Assembly: GCA_023664535.1 (NCBI GenBank)
Contig: JAMPFJ010000010.1
Span: 9,060 to 73,059, forward strand
Length of the DNA stretch: 64,000 nucleotides
Direction of reading: 5' to 3'
Source of the DNA: Bacteroidales bacterium
GTDB lineage: Bacteria > Bacillota > Clostridia > Lachnospirales > Lachnospiraceae
Below are positions 1 through 10,420 of this stretch, in pieces. Numbering within the stretch: the first letter of the stretch is position 1; the number at the start of each line of letters is the position of its first letter. Below the pieces are notes generated by a model that saw only the letters and a list, made by a program, of their open reading frames with translations, searched no databases and had not been told where the DNA came from. Made by a program: the position numbers and the translations under genes.

Positions 1-1
1 A

Positions 2-523
2 TTTCTTACCAAACTGAATCACTATCTTCCAAAGGATATACGGATTCTCGCCATCGAAAGCTGCGGTCTCCGTTTTCACGCCCGTTTAAACGCCGTCCAA
101 AAAACCTATCAGTACCGTATCGACACTTCCCCATATGGCAATCTTTTTCTTCGGGATACCGCCCATCACGTTTCTGCGCCAATGGATATTGACGCCATCA
201 AAAAAGGCGCCGCTCTGCTTCTCGGCACCCATGATTTTAAAAGCTTTTGCAGCAATAAACGAATGAAGAAATCCAGTATCCGCACAATATACGATATCGA
301 GATTACGTGGAAGCCTGAACAGCAGCTCCTTTTCTTTACCTTCACCGGAAATGGTTTTCTCTATAATATGGTACGCATACTTTCCGGCACTCTGATTGAA
401 ATCGGTTTAGGGTTGCGCGCACCGGAGGATATTCCCGGCATCCTTGCGGGCTGCAACCGCGCCCTTGCCGGACATACTGCGCCGGCAAACGGACTCTTTC
501 TGGTTTCCGTCCGTTACACTTAA
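2..523 (+). CDS. truA: tRNA pseudouridine(38-40) synthase TruA, C-terminal part (5' end lies outside the window)
   Basis: The frame is open from base 2. The translation FLTKLNHYLPKDIRILAIESCGLRFHARLNAVQKTYQYRI...GTHDFKSFC...GNGFLYNMVRILSGTL carries TruA motifs. A second full-length copy is at 45154-45891. Confidence 0.85.
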   Translation, partial: FLTKLNHYLPKDIRILAIESCGLRFHARLNAVQKTYQYRIDTSPYGNLFLRDTAHHVSAPMDIDAIKKGAALLLGTHDFKSFCSNKRMKKSSIRTIYDIEITWKPEQQLLFFTFTGNGFLYNMVRILSGTLIEIGLGLRAPEDIPGILAGCNRALAGHTAPANGLFLVSVRYT

Positions 524-683
524 CAGACTGGCGGGTTACATTTTATGGATTGGGGCATATTGCATCATGAAAAGGAAAATGGTAAAATAGCAATAATGAG
601 CCGACGCCACATAATGTAGTTTTGAACACATGGCGTTTCGGAATCACTTACTAAAAATATGAAAAAGAAAGGATATACTTACT

Positions 684-1967
684 ATGAAAGCATATAAGGA
701 TATGAGCCGCGACGAATTACTAACATTAAAAGCAGGTCTTGAGGAGGAATACAAAGAGGCAGAGGCAAAGGGACTTTCACTCAATATGGCAAGAGGTAAG
801 CCGGGCGCTTCACAGTTAGCGTTGTCCATGCCAATGCTGGACATTATCAACAGCAAGGCGGACATGCATACCCTGTTGGGAAACGACACCCGAAACTACG
901 GGGACTGGGACGGCATCGGCGAATGCCGGCAGCTATTGGCGGATATGACAGGTGTCAAAAAAGACAATGTTATCGTATGCGGTAATTCCAGCCTGAATAT
1001 TATGTACGACACAGTAGCCCGCTCCATGATTAAAGGGGTAAACGGCTCCAAGCCGTGGTGCGAGCTGGATAAGGTTAAATTTTTGTGTCCGGTTCCGGGT
1101 TATGACCGGCATTTCAGAATTACGGAATTATTCGGAATCGAAATGATAAATATTCCGTTGAATGAAGATGGGCCGGACATGGATTTGGTGGAGGAGTACG
1201 TGAATCATGACGATGCGGTAAAGGGAATCTGGTGCGTGCCCAAATATTCCAATCCCACGGGTATATCCTATTCCGACGAAGTAGTGCGGCGGTTTGCCAA
1301 TCTCAAACCGAAAGCTCCGGACTTCCGGATTTTCTGGGACAATGCATACTGTATTCATCACATTTATGAAGGGATACAGGATGAAATTTTAAATATTCTG
1401 GAAGAGTGTGAAAAAGCCGGTAATCCGGACATGGTATACATTTTTGCCTCAACCTCAAAGGTAAGCTTTCCCGGCTCCGGTGTATCGGCGATTGCTACCT
1501 CACAGGCGAACATGGAGTATATTAAGAAATTCATGGACGTCCAGATAATCGGGCATGATAAAATCAATCAGCTTCGCCATGCAAGATTTTTCAAGAATAT
1601 AGACGGTCTGAATGCACATATGAAAAAACATGCCGAGCTGCTTCGCCCGAAGTTTGATGCCGTGCTTAACACACTGGATTCCGAGCTTACGGGAACCGGA
1701 ATCGGAAGCTGGATAAAGCCACGGGGAGGATACTTTATCTCCTTTAACGCACTGCCCGGATGTGCAAAGGCTATCGTCGCAAAATGCAAGGCATTAGGCG
1801 TCGTGCTTACAGGCGCAGGCGCAACCTATCCTTACGGAATCGACCCTGAGGATTCCAACATCCGTATCGCACCGTCCTTCCCGACGCCGGAGGAAATGGA
1901 AGATGCCACAAAAATTTTCGTGCTTTGTGTAAAGCTTGTTTCCGTAGAGAAGCTATTAAATGAATAA
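684..1967 (+). CDS. PLP-dependent aminotransferase (class I/II fold)
   Basis: 427-aa ORF with an upstream purine-rich RBS. Motifs YSNPTG and ASTSKVSFPGSG (Schiff-base Lys context) are typical of fold-type I aminotransferases. Confidence 0.8.
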   Translation: MKAYKDMSRDELLTLKAGLEEEYKEAEAKGLSLNMARGKPGASQLALSMPMLDIINSKADMHTLLGNDTRNYGDWDGIGECRQLLADMTGVKKDNVIVCGNSSLNIMYDTVARSMIKGVNGSKPWCELDKVKFLCPVPGYDRHFRITELFGIEMINIPLNEDGPDMDLVEEYVNHDDAVKGIWCVPKYSNPTGISYSDEVVRRFANLKPKAPDFRIFWDNAYCIHHIYEGIQDEILNILEECEKAGNPDMVYIFASTSKVSFPGSGVSAIATSQANMEYIKKFMDVQIIGHDKINQLRHARFFKNIDGLNAHMKKHAELLRPKFDAVLNTLDSELTGTGIGSWIKPRGGYFISFNALPGCAKAIVAKCKALGVVLTGAGATYPYGIDPEDSNIRIAPSFPTPEEMEDATKIFVLCVKLVSVEKLLNE

Positions 1968-1985
1968 CGGGATTTTCCCCAAAAT

Positions 1986-2978
1986 TTAAAAAACCGTTTC
2001 TTTCCATGTGCAGAGGAGGCTCCGCAGCTCTTCCATGGTTTCTATGTGATTTACTTCATCACGAAGCCTGGAGGAATTGGGATACCCGGTGGTATACCAT
2101 GCTACGTGCTTCCTCATTTCATGGATACCGGTAAATTCTCCCTTATACTGCACCATCATTTCCCCATGCCGCAGCATTACGTCTACCATATCGGAAAGCG
2201 CCGGTTTTTCCGGAATATACCCCTTTTCAAAATAGGTCTTTATCTGAGAAAAAATAAATGGGTTACCTTTTGCGCCCCTGCCAATCATAAATGCGTCGCA
2301 GCCGGTCTGTTCCCGCATGGCAATCACATCCCCGGGGCTGCATAAATCCCCGTTTCCAATGACGGGAATCGATACCGCTTCCTTAACCTGACGGATAATC
2401 TCCCAGTCTGCATGTCCGGAATAATATTCACTGCGGAGCCTTCCGTGAACGGCAACTGCGGAGCCCCCGCTTTCTTCCACAATTTTTGCTATTTCTACCG
2501 CATTGACGTGGTCTCTATCAAACCCTTTCCGAATTTTTACAGTTACCGGAACCTCCACCGCCTTTACCATCGCCGATACAATTTCCCCCACCAGCTTTGG
2601 CTGCTTCATCAGCGCCGAGCCCTCATTGTTATTTACAATTTTGGGAACCGGACACCCCATATTGATATCGATAAAATCATATCCCCTATGCTGAACCCTC
2701 GCTGCGATATCCGCCATTATCTGCGGGTCGGAGCCGAATAATTGCAGTCCGATGGGGTGCTCCTGTTCCTCATATGCCATCAACGGCTCCGTATTCCGAT
2801 TGTGGTAAAGCACCGCTTTTGCGCTTACCATTTCCGTGTACAGAACGTCACAGCCCTGCTCCTTACAAAGCAAGCGAAATGGCAGGTCTGTCACACCTGC
2901 CATCGGAGCCAGTATTAACTTGTCCCTTAATTCGATTCCATCCTTCTTCACTGCCTGTTCCTCTGCCTTTGCCTGCAC
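1986..2978 (-). CDS. dusB: tRNA-dihydrouridine synthase (DusB-like)
   Basis: Dus-family motifs LAPMAGVTDLPFR and DINMGCP. A GTG start overlaps the coaX stop; the exact start is uncertain. Confidence 0.85.
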   Translation of the reverse strand: MQAKAEEQAVKKDGIELRDKLILAPMAGVTDLPFRLLCKEQGCDVLYTEMVSAKAVLYHNRNTEPLMAYEEQEHPIGLQLFGSDPQIMADIAARVQHRGYDFIDINMGCPVPKIVNNNEGSALMKQPKLVGEIVSAMVKAVEVPVTVKIRKGFDRDHVNAVEIAKIVEESGGSAVAVHGRLRSEYYSGHADWEIIRQVKEAVSIPVIGNGDLCSPGDVIAMREQTGCDAFMIGRGAKGNPFIFSQIKTYFEKGYIPEKPALSDMVDVMLRHGEMMVQYKGEFTGIHEMRKHVAWYTTGYPNSSRLRDEVNHIETMEELRSLLCTWKETVF

Positions 2979-3742
2979 TACTGTTTATGATATAACAAAT
3001 TCAACCCCTTCAGCGTTAAATTTGAATCATAATACTCAATACTCTCCGTCTCGTCAAAGATAATTTTTCCCAGTCCGCCGGTAGCCACCACCGTCATTTT
3101 ATCCAGCTTTGCTTCCTCCTTCACCTTTCGGATAATATACTCCGTCTGACCGATATGCCCGTAAATCAATCCCGACTGCATGGAGGAAATGGTATCCTTT
3201 CCCAGGACGGCATCCGGTTTTTTGATTTCAATTTTGGGAAGCTTTGCCGCATCCTGCCATAATGCATGAGCGGCAATCCGAATCCCCGGCGAGGTGATTC
3301 CCCCCACCAGAGTGGCATCTTCCAGAACCAAATCATGCGTCGTTGCGGTTCCGTAGTCAATCACCAGCACCGGTCCCCCGTAAATCTCATATGCCGCCAC
3401 TGCATCCACAATTCTGTCCGCCCCAACCTCCTTCGGGTTGGGAATGGCGATTTTAATGCCGGTCTTAATTCCCGGACCCACCACAATCGGATTTACATTA
3501 AAATACTTAATCAGACCGTTAATAATATGATGATTTACATCCGGCACTACCGATGCTAAAATTGCGGCATTAACCTCTTCGCGGTGTATTCCCTTGCTAT
3601 GCAGCACATTATAAAAAAACGTGCCGTACTCATCGGATGTCCTCGGAATCTTGGTCGTCATGCGAAAGGTTCCCGCAATCTCCTCCCCGTCAAATAATCC
3701 TACAGTTATATTTGTATTCCCAATATCAATCGCCAATAACAT
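2978..3742 (-). CDS. coaX: type III pantothenate kinase
   Basis: [11 protein letters not shown] start and GADR motif. The ATG at 3742 is preceded by AAGGAAGG; the track's longer GTG start at 3763 is less likely. Confidence 0.88.
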   Translation of the reverse strand: MLLAIDIGNTNITVGLFDGEEIAGTFRMTTKIPRTSDEYGTFFYNVLHSKGIHREEVNAAILASVVPDVNHHIINGLIKYFNVNPIVVGPGIKTGIKIAIPNPKEVGADRIVDAVAAYEIYGGPVLVIDYGTATTHDLVLEDATLVGGITSPGIRIAAHALWQDAAKLPKIEIKKPDAVLGKDTISSMQSGLIYGHIGQTEYIIRKVKEEAKLDKMTVVATGGLGKIIFDETESIEYYDSNLTLKGLNLLYHKQ

Positions 3743-3803
3743 ATCTTTGTCCTTCCTTTTCACTCACCCTCATTTTTTCCGATAACCGGTTCTTTTTTCT
3801 CTT

Positions 3804-4151
3804 TTACTCCAAATCCTCCGCCTTTAACTCTTCTCCCAGAAAAAATACACGATAGTATAATTCCAGTCCCTCTAACAGCTCCATTTTCACCTGTTGCAGC
3901 TGTTTGATTTTCAGCACGCTGCCGATTTCGTCATAAAGCAAATCGTTTCTGTCGGACATGGTTACAAAATTCAGATTCGCCTTTTCATCAAACTCCATGG
4001 TGAGTATTCCGCCAATATCCTCCGTAAATAATACACACATCGCCTGCAGCTCATCCTTAACTCCATCCGGAAGCCCGTCAAATTCAGGATTCAAATAGTA
4101 TTTTTCCTCATATTTTGAAGAGGCGCATAAAATTGTTCGATTCTGTTCCAT
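3804..4151 (-). CDS. hypothetical small acidic protein
   Basis: 115-aa ORF in a gene-sized gap, same strand as coaX. No motif recognised. Confidence 0.55.
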   Translation of the reverse strand: MEQNRTILCASSKYEEKYYLNPEFDGLPDGVKDELQAMCVLFTEDIGGILTMEFDEKANLNFVTMSDRNDLLYDEIGSVLKIKQLQQVKMELLEGLELYYRVFFLGEELKAEDLE

Positions 4152-4356
4152 CCCTTATCTCCTACTGTCCGCACCGGTTCTTTTATTACTTATGCCTCAT
4201 TGTATCTTATTCAGAAAGGGATTGCAACCTCTTTAGAGATTTGCTAAGATATATACGACAGGTGTACTCACATAACCGGACTCGGAAATTCCGTACCGTC
4301 TGCCGGATTTTGCGACTATTATCCTGCAATTTTATCATTCAGAAAAGAGGTTTTTT

Positions 4357-5541
4357 ATGTTAAATCAAAGCTTTATTGATATGTGTGGACAAAAATCCGT
4401 CATTCGGGAATTATTTGCCTACGGCAGTGAGCGTGCAAAGGAAATCGGTTACGAGAATGTATTTGATTACAGTCTCGGCAATCCGTCGACTCCGGCTCCG
4501 GAATCCTTCACCGGGGAAATGATTCGTCTGTTACAGGAAGAGGACCCCGTTACACTGCACGGATATTCCCCGACCCTCGGTATTGATTCGGTCAGAGAAG
4601 CCGTTGCCGATTCGCTAAACCGGCGTTTTGAAATGAATTATGAAAAAAAGGATATTTTTATGGTCAGCGGCGCTGCAGGCGCCATCGCCCATGCGGTACG
4701 GGCGGTAACCATGCCGGGAGACGAGGTTCTCACCTTTGCCCCTTTTTTTCCGGAATATAATCCCTACATCTCTGCTACCGGTGCAGTATTGCGGGTGGTT
4801 CCCGCAGATATCAGCAGCTTTCAAATCAATTTTGATGCTTTTGTGGATATGCTGAACGAAAAGGTTATGGCGGTTCTGATTAACACGCCAAATAATCCCT
4901 CCGGTATTGTCTATTCCACGGAAACCATAGACCGGCTTGCCATGATTTTAACGGAAAAGGAAGAAGAATTTGGTCATCCGATATATATTATTTCGGACGA
5001 ACCCTATCGGGAAATCGTCTTTCAGGGTGTGGATTCTCCCTTTGTTGCAGCACACTACAACAATACGATAACCTGCTATTCCTTCAGCAAGTCCCTGTCT
5101 CTTCCGGGAGAACGTATCGGATATCTTGCCGTAAATCCGGCATGCGGGGATTCCGCCCTGCTTGTGGATATGTTCGGCCAAATTTCCCGGGGAATCGGTC
5201 ATAACTGCCCGCCGAGTATTATTCAGCTTGCCGTATCCAAGGCATTGTATGACACCTCCGATTTATCCGTTTACGAGACAAATAAAAATATATTATATAC
5301 GGAATTAACCAAAATGGGCTTTGAAATCGTGGAACCGGGAGGAACCTTCTACATGTTTCCGAAAGCGCTTGAAGCCGATGCCAGGGCATTTTCCGACAAA
5401 GCAAAAAAACTGGATTTGCTTTTGGTTCCCAGCGATACTTTCGGTGTGCCGGGTCATTTCCGTATCAGCTACTGCATTCCCACCGAAAAGGTGGAACGCT
5501 CCATTCCGGTATTTCAAAAGCTCGCCGATATGTATCTGTAA
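4357..5541 (+). CDS. class I PLP-dependent aminotransferase (aspartate/aromatic aminotransferase-like)
   Basis: Motifs NTPNNPSG and SFSKSLSLPGERIGY. RBS aaagagg 8 nt upstream. Followed by the terminator at 5573-5614. Confidence 0.85.
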   Translation: MLNQSFIDMCGQKSVIRELFAYGSERAKEIGYENVFDYSLGNPSTPAPESFTGEMIRLLQEEDPVTLHGYSPTLGIDSVREAVADSLNRRFEMNYEKKDIFMVSGAAGAIAHAVRAVTMPGDEVLTFAPFFPEYNPYISATGAVLRVVPADISSFQINFDAFVDMLNEKVMAVLINTPNNPSGIVYSTETIDRLAMILTEKEEEFGHPIYIISDEPYREIVFQGVDSPFVAAHYNNTITCYSFSKSLSLPGERIGYLAVNPACGDSALLVDMFGQISRGIGHNCPPSIIQLAVSKALYDTSDLSVYETNKNILYTELTKMGFEIVEPGGTFYMFPKALEADARAFSDKAKKLDLLLVPSDTFGVPGHFRISYCIPTEKVERSIPVFQKLADMYL

Positions 5542-5572
5542 AGCCTTTCCGGTTAATCCGTCTTCCATAAAC

Positions 5573-5614
5573 AAACCGGGCACAAGAAGAATACTGTTGT
5601 GCCCGGTTTATTTT
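5573..5614. terminator. bidirectional Rho-independent terminator between convergent genes
   Basis: Perfect 13-bp stem aaaccgggcacaa/ttgtgcccggttt followed by a T-run on the plus strand. It lies between the ends of the aminotransferase (+) and lipoprotein (-) genes. Confidence 0.8.
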
Positions 5615-5639
5615 CCGCTTAAAAGGAAAATCCCTTTCG

Positions 5640-6698
5640 CTATTTCGCAGATATGATTCCCTGCTTTTCCATCTGCTTTGCAATCTCCGACAAATCCAGA
5701 TTATCCCATGTATCGCCGATAAAATCCTTTTTGCTGTCCAGCTCTACTGCATTTTGCCATTCCGTTTTTTTGTTTTCCAATTCCTCACTCGCCCGCTGGC
5801 TGGCATAGCTATCCAGATAATACTGCTTGTAATCCTCATCCTTGGCGTTAATCATCTTTACCACCATATAACCTAAATCATCCTCGTATATTTCCGATAT
5901 ATCCCCATTTCCCAAATCTGCAATCAAATTCTCCAGGCCTCCGGTATAAGCGCCCTTAAATGCCCTTATCGTGTCAGAATACTCCTTTATCCCATATTCT
6001 TCAGCAAGCTGTTCATGCTCCTCTCCTGCTTCCAGCTTTATCTTCGCTTCCTCTGCCAGCTTCTTCTGTTTCTCTTTATCCTCCTTGCTGTATTCGATAT
6101 ATTTTCCGTTTTCATCCGTTTTCGGGCTGCCGTTATCGTCATATTCTACTGTCGGAAACAGCAAATAATACAATTCATAAAAGTCCTTGTCCCCTACAGC
6201 CTTTTCCGCCTCTTTCCGATATTCCTTCTCCAATTCCTTTGTGGTTTCATCATTCAGCTTCGTCAGGTAACGCTGTTTCATAAATAATTCCGTGACTGCT
6301 TCCTTTGTAATTCCGTAACTGCCTAACAGTTTTTCGGTAAAGGTTTTATAATATCTGTCCACGACCTGGTTCATTTCCTCTTTTTCCGCATCCGTCAATT
6401 CAATACCCTCTTGCTTTGCCTTCTGGTACTGAATCTCATCCGAGCGGAGCTGTGACAAAATCTGGCTCTTGTAATTGTCCATATCCCCCGAAAAGGCATC
6501 CGCATTCACCCCGTAAGTATAGATATATTGAATGGTGTACAGATAAATGAAATCCAGGGTTATGTTCTCGCCACCTATCTTAATCACCTCTACCCCGGAT
6601 GAGTTCTCGGTGGGAAGCTTTCCCTTTGATGAACCGCACCCGGCACAGGCGCACACCATAATCAATACTAAAATCAGACTCGCTAGTTTCTTATTCAT
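5640..6698 (-). CDS. PrsA/SurA-like lipoprotein (putative extracytoplasmic chaperone)
   Basis: Signal peptide with lipobox LILVLIMVCACAGCGSS. Charged helical protein. Paralogous in architecture to 15058-16104 (shared LFPTVE core). Confidence 0.65.
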   Translation of the reverse strand: MNKKLASLILVLIMVCACAGCGSSKGKLPTENSSGVEVIKIGGENITLDFIYLYTIQYIYTYGVNADAFSGDMDNYKSQILSQLRSDEIQYQKAKQEGIELTDAEKEEMNQVVDRYYKTFTEKLLGSYGITKEAVTELFMKQRYLTKLNDETTKELEKEYRKEAEKAVGDKDFYELYYLLFPTVEYDDNGSPKTDENGKYIEYSKEDKEKQKKLAEEAKIKLEAGEEHEQLAEEYGIKEYSDTIRAFKGAYTGGLENLIADLGNGDISEIYEDDLGYMVVKMINAKDEDYKQYYLDSYASQRASEELENKKTEWQNAVELDSKKDFIGDTWDNLDLSEIAKQMEKQGIISAK

Positions 6699-6900
6699 TC
6701 GTCAATCCTCCGTTACTGTCTGTAACCCTTTTGTTTTACAGAATCTTATTTTCCTATAGTATTTTAGTATAAATGCTTCCTGCTTTCAACTATTTTCCCC
6801 CAGTTCATCAAAGTTTAACAAAAAAGAACCATCCCCTCCGCCAGTAAACGAAGAGAATGGCTCTCTTATTATCTCGATATGGTCTGTTCCATAAACAAAT

Positions 6901-7779
6901 TTATTCCTTTACACCACCAAGAGCTACACCGGCAATGATGTACTTAGATAATGCAAAATATACAACGAAAATCGGAAGTACCGTAATGGTCAGACCGATA
7001 TAAATCATACCATAGTCTGTACGGAACTGCTCTGAACGCAACGTCTGAATGAACATCGGCAGAGTATTCTTTGACTTATCTACCAAAATCATACTCGGCG
7101 TAAACAGGTTATTCCATGATGCGATAAACGCAAAGATTGCCTGTGTTGCCATCGCCGGTTTCATCAACGGCAGTACGATACTGTTAAAGGTCTTAAACTC
7201 TCCCGAACCGTCAATTCTCGCCGCCTCGACAATCTCTACTGATAATCCTTCTGCCATATACTGCTTCATGAAGTAATAGGTTGAAGGCGCTGCGACTGCC
7301 GGAATAATCAACGGAATATAGGTATTGTACAGGTTAATCTTCATCATGAAGTTCATGAATCCGATGATGGATACCTGTGCAGGAATCATCATGATTGCCA
7401 TGATGAAGGATGCTGCCATATTTCTTAACTTAAAGTTATATACTGTAATTCCGTATGCGGTAAAGGTTGAAAAATATACCTGCAGGATAGTTGCCGGTAT
7501 GGAAATCAGGCAGGAGTTTGCCATACACTTCCACAACGGTGCACCCACACCTGCTGACTTTACTAACAGCTTATTCCAGTTACTGATTAACTGTCCTTCC
7601 GGAATTAAGGATAATCCTCTCTGAATATTAGCAGACGCTCTCGTCGCATTAATTACCATGATATAAAATGGTATAATACTGATAAAGCACAGCAGAACAC
7701 AGACAATGGTTCTAGCTATCTTCTGTGCATGTATCTTCGCAGAATAACTCTGCGGGTCATTGCTGTTTTGTTTTGCCAT
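6901..7779 (-). CDS. carbohydrate ABC transporter permease (MalG-like)
   Basis: Six predicted TM segments. An EAA-type loop (EAARIDGSGEFKTFNSIVLPL) is typical of binding-protein-dependent permeases. Confidence 0.88.
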   Translation of the reverse strand: MAKQNSNDPQSYSAKIHAQKIARTIVCVLLCFISIIPFYIMVINATRASANIQRGLSLIPEGQLISNWNKLLVKSAGVGAPLWKCMANSCLISIPATILQVYFSTFTAYGITVYNFKLRNMAASFIMAIMMIPAQVSIIGFMNFMMKINLYNTYIPLIIPAVAAPSTYYFMKQYMAEGLSVEIVEAARIDGSGEFKTFNSIVLPLMKPAMATQAIFAFIASWNNLFTPSMILVDKSKNTLPMFIQTLRSEQFRTDYGMIYIGLTITVLPIFVVYFALSKYIIAGVALGGVKE

Positions 7780-7795
7780 TTTCTATGCCCCCTTC

Positions 7796-8776
7796 CTATT
7801 TAATCACCGCATGCTTCTGCTTCGGCTCACGGTCACGGGTCAAAGCAAAGAACAGCAAGCTGATTGCTAAAGTAACAACGAAGAGAATCATAGATGCCGC
7901 CGCCGACTTACCCATATCCTTTGTCGTAAAGCCTAACTTTCTGATATACATCGTAATGGTCTGGGACGCATAGGCGGGCAAAGCCTCACCGGTTCCGGAT
8001 ACGTTAAACAATGCCGGAATATCGTACATCTGAAGACCACCGATTGCTGAAGTAACCAGTGTATACTGTAAAATTGGCTTTAACAACGGCAGGGTGATAT
8101 GTCTGAACGTATCTCCACTGGTAGCGCCGTCCACCATTGCCGCTTCATAAAGTGACGGATTGATACCTAAAATACCGGCAATCAATACAATCATAGTATT
8201 TCCATACCACATCCAGAACTGCATGAACGCAATCAGTCCTACAGTACCTGCCTTACTCTCCATGAAGTCAAAGCTCTCATCAATAATTCCTATGCTTCTC
8301 AAAACTGCAGTAAACGGACCACTGTTGTTAAATAAGGAATAGAACAATACGGCAATCGTAGACGCCGTAATGATGTTCGGCATATACATAATAATCTTGA
8401 ATGCGCCCTGTCCTTTTAATTTTACGGTTGTATCCGTAAACCATGATGCCAAAAGCAGTGACAATAAAATCTGCGGAATAAAGTTGAACACCCACATGAT
8501 AATTGTATTCTTTATGGACATAACGGTCATGGTGTCTAAAAATTTAGCTCCTTCAACTACATGGTAACTGCTGTCTGTATCAATCAAAACTGAAAGATAG
8601 TTGTTAAGCCCTACAAAGCTCGGTCCCACCTGGGTAAGACCTCTGTAGTAGTTCTCCACAAAACTAAGCCAGACAGTGTAAATCAATGGATACAGCTGAA
8701 AGAGAAAATATACGATGAAGAATGGTAAAATGAATATATATCCATATTTACCATATTCAACTGTCTTTTTTTTCAT
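7796..8776 (-). CDS. carbohydrate ABC transporter permease (MalF-like)
   Basis: EAA loop EAAMVDGATSGDTFRHITLPLL. The likely start is MKKKTVEYGKY at 8776 behind a GGGGAAGTGA RBS rather than the track start at 8830. Confidence 0.85.
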   Translation of the reverse strand: MKKKTVEYGKYGYIFILPFFIVYFLFQLYPLIYTVWLSFVENYYRGLTQVGPSFVGLNNYLSVLIDTDSSYHVVEGAKFLDTMTVMSIKNTIIMWVFNFIPQILLSLLLASWFTDTTVKLKGQGAFKIIMYMPNIITASTIAVLFYSLFNNSGPFTAVLRSIGIIDESFDFMESKAGTVGLIAFMQFWMWYGNTMIVLIAGILGINPSLYEAAMVDGATSGDTFRHITLPLLKPILQYTLVTSAIGGLQMYDIPALFNVSGTGEALPAYASQTITMYIRKLGFTTKDMGKSAAASMILFVVTLAISLLFFALTRDREPKQKHAVIK

Positions 8777-9013
8777 GCTCTTCACTTCCCCAATCTTTTT
8801 TTTGTAGCACATCTTATCACGAACCCCCAATTAGACATTTTATAAAATCCGGAATCCGCTCCGGGCTTTATAAAATGTCCAATAGCGGCTTGATGATGCT
8901 CATTTCCGGCAAATTTTACCGGATTTTTCGTTTAATTATGCACCGGCAAAAATACCGGTGCATAATGTAAACTTCTCAAATCTCCGGCAATACCGGATTC
9001 ACTTTGAGTTAAA

Positions 9014-10420
9014 TTACTCTACAGTAATGTAGTTATAACCGTCTGTTACCTGGCTCTTAATCATGTCAACAGCAGCGTCTACATCTGCAACTTCACCTGA
9101 GTTGTATGCAGCAGAAGCAGCATCTACAAATCCGTTAAAGGTTGCATCATACTGTGTAGCCTTGTCTAAGCTGATGTTCTCAGCAGCTTCCATAAATGTA
9201 GGAATCGGGTCATCCCCACCACACTTGTCAGAGTTACCCTTACCAGAGTCACTTACCTGCTGAACAGCTTCCTTGTTGTTAACGAAGTCCTTTGTATCCT
9301 CACAAATCTTAGCCATAACCTCTGTATCACAGCAAAGTGTTCTTAATACTAATGCAGCTAAAGCTGTATCCGGACACTCTTTTGATACGGTTAAGTAAGT
9401 ACCACCCCAGTGGTAAGCTACAGGACCTTCACAGATATTGTAATCTGCAGCATGCTCATAAGTTACACCCTCAGCTTCCGGAAGTAATGACCAGTATAAG
9501 AACCATGTACATCCGAAGTAGCAGAATACATCCTCATCCATGCCTGAAGACCAAGCCTCAGACCACATAGATGTCTTGTTTGTGTAATCGCCATCATATA
9601 ACTTCTTAGCTTTCTCTAAGTAATCAGTTACCCAAGGGTCAATGTTTAACTTGTCATCGGTTACCCAAGGCTGTGCTTTCTGGTCAGCCAACGGATACTT
9701 GATATCATCCGGACCGGAAACCATCTTGTATCCTTTTTCTTTCATCTTGTCAGCGGTCTCAAAGAACTTATCCCAGTCAGATATAGCAGCCTGAACGGTA
9801 TCCGGGTCACCAGCGCCTAAAACTTCCTCAGCGATATCAGTTCTGTAGCATACTACACCAGGAGCTGCCTGCCATGAAACAGCCTTAACTGCTCCGTCGT
9901 ATGTAGCATAGTCTAATGTATACTGATACATGTTCTTGAAGTCATCTCCGCCGATTCCGATATCTGCCATAGGAACAGTATACTCAGACTGAGTATAGTT
10001 CAATGCTACGTCATTATCTGCTGCAATGATGGAAGGATACTTGTCAGTTCCGTTCACACCTGCAGTTAACAGGGTCTCAATCTGAGTTCTGTACTCAGCG
10101 TCAGTTCCACCTAAACCAAGGTTAACATACTCAACTCTGTCAGAATACTGTGGATATTTGTCTCTAAAATACTGTAATCTCTCACCTAACTCCGTGTTCC
10201 AAGAGTAAACATAAATTGTTTCTCCCTCTTCTGCCGGCATCTCTGCCTCTGCAACTGCCTCTGTTCCTGCAGGAGCCTCTGTTGCAGCAGAAGTATCATC
10301 TCCACCAGCTGCTGTTGTTGTAGCCTCAGTAGAATCTGCATCGTCTCCACCACAAGCAACAAGAGATAATCCCATTGCTAAAGCTAATGACAATGCCATT
10401 ACTTTTTTGAATTTTTTCAC
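9014..10420 (-). CDS. ABC transporter extracellular solute-binding lipoprotein (sugar family)
   Basis: Lipobox LSLVACGGDD followed by a low-complexity T/A/E linker. First gene of the operon with the two permeases. No ATPase gene is adjacent. Confidence 0.8.
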   Translation of the reverse strand: MKKFKKVMALSLALAMGLSLVACGGDDADSTEATTTAAGGDDTSAATEAPAGTEAVAEAEMPAEEGETIYVYSWNTELGERLQYFRDKYPQYSDRVEYVNLGLGGTDAEYRTQIETLLTAGVNGTDKYPSIIAADNDVALNYTQSEYTVPMADIGIGGDDFKNMYQYTLDYATYDGAVKAVSWQAAPGVVCYRTDIAEEVLGAGDPDTVQAAISDWDKFFETADKMKEKGYKMVSGPDDIKYPLADQKAQPWVTDDKLNIDPWVTDYLEKAKKLYDGDYTNKTSMWSEAWSSGMDEDVFCYFGCTWFLYWSLLPEAEGVTYEHAADYNICEGPVAYHWGGTYLTVSKECPDTALAALVLRTLCCDTEVMAKICEDTKDFVNNKEAVQQVSDSGKGNSDKCGGDDPIPTFMEAAENISLDKATQYDATFNGFVDAASAAYNSGEVADVDAAVDMIKSQVTDGYNYITVE

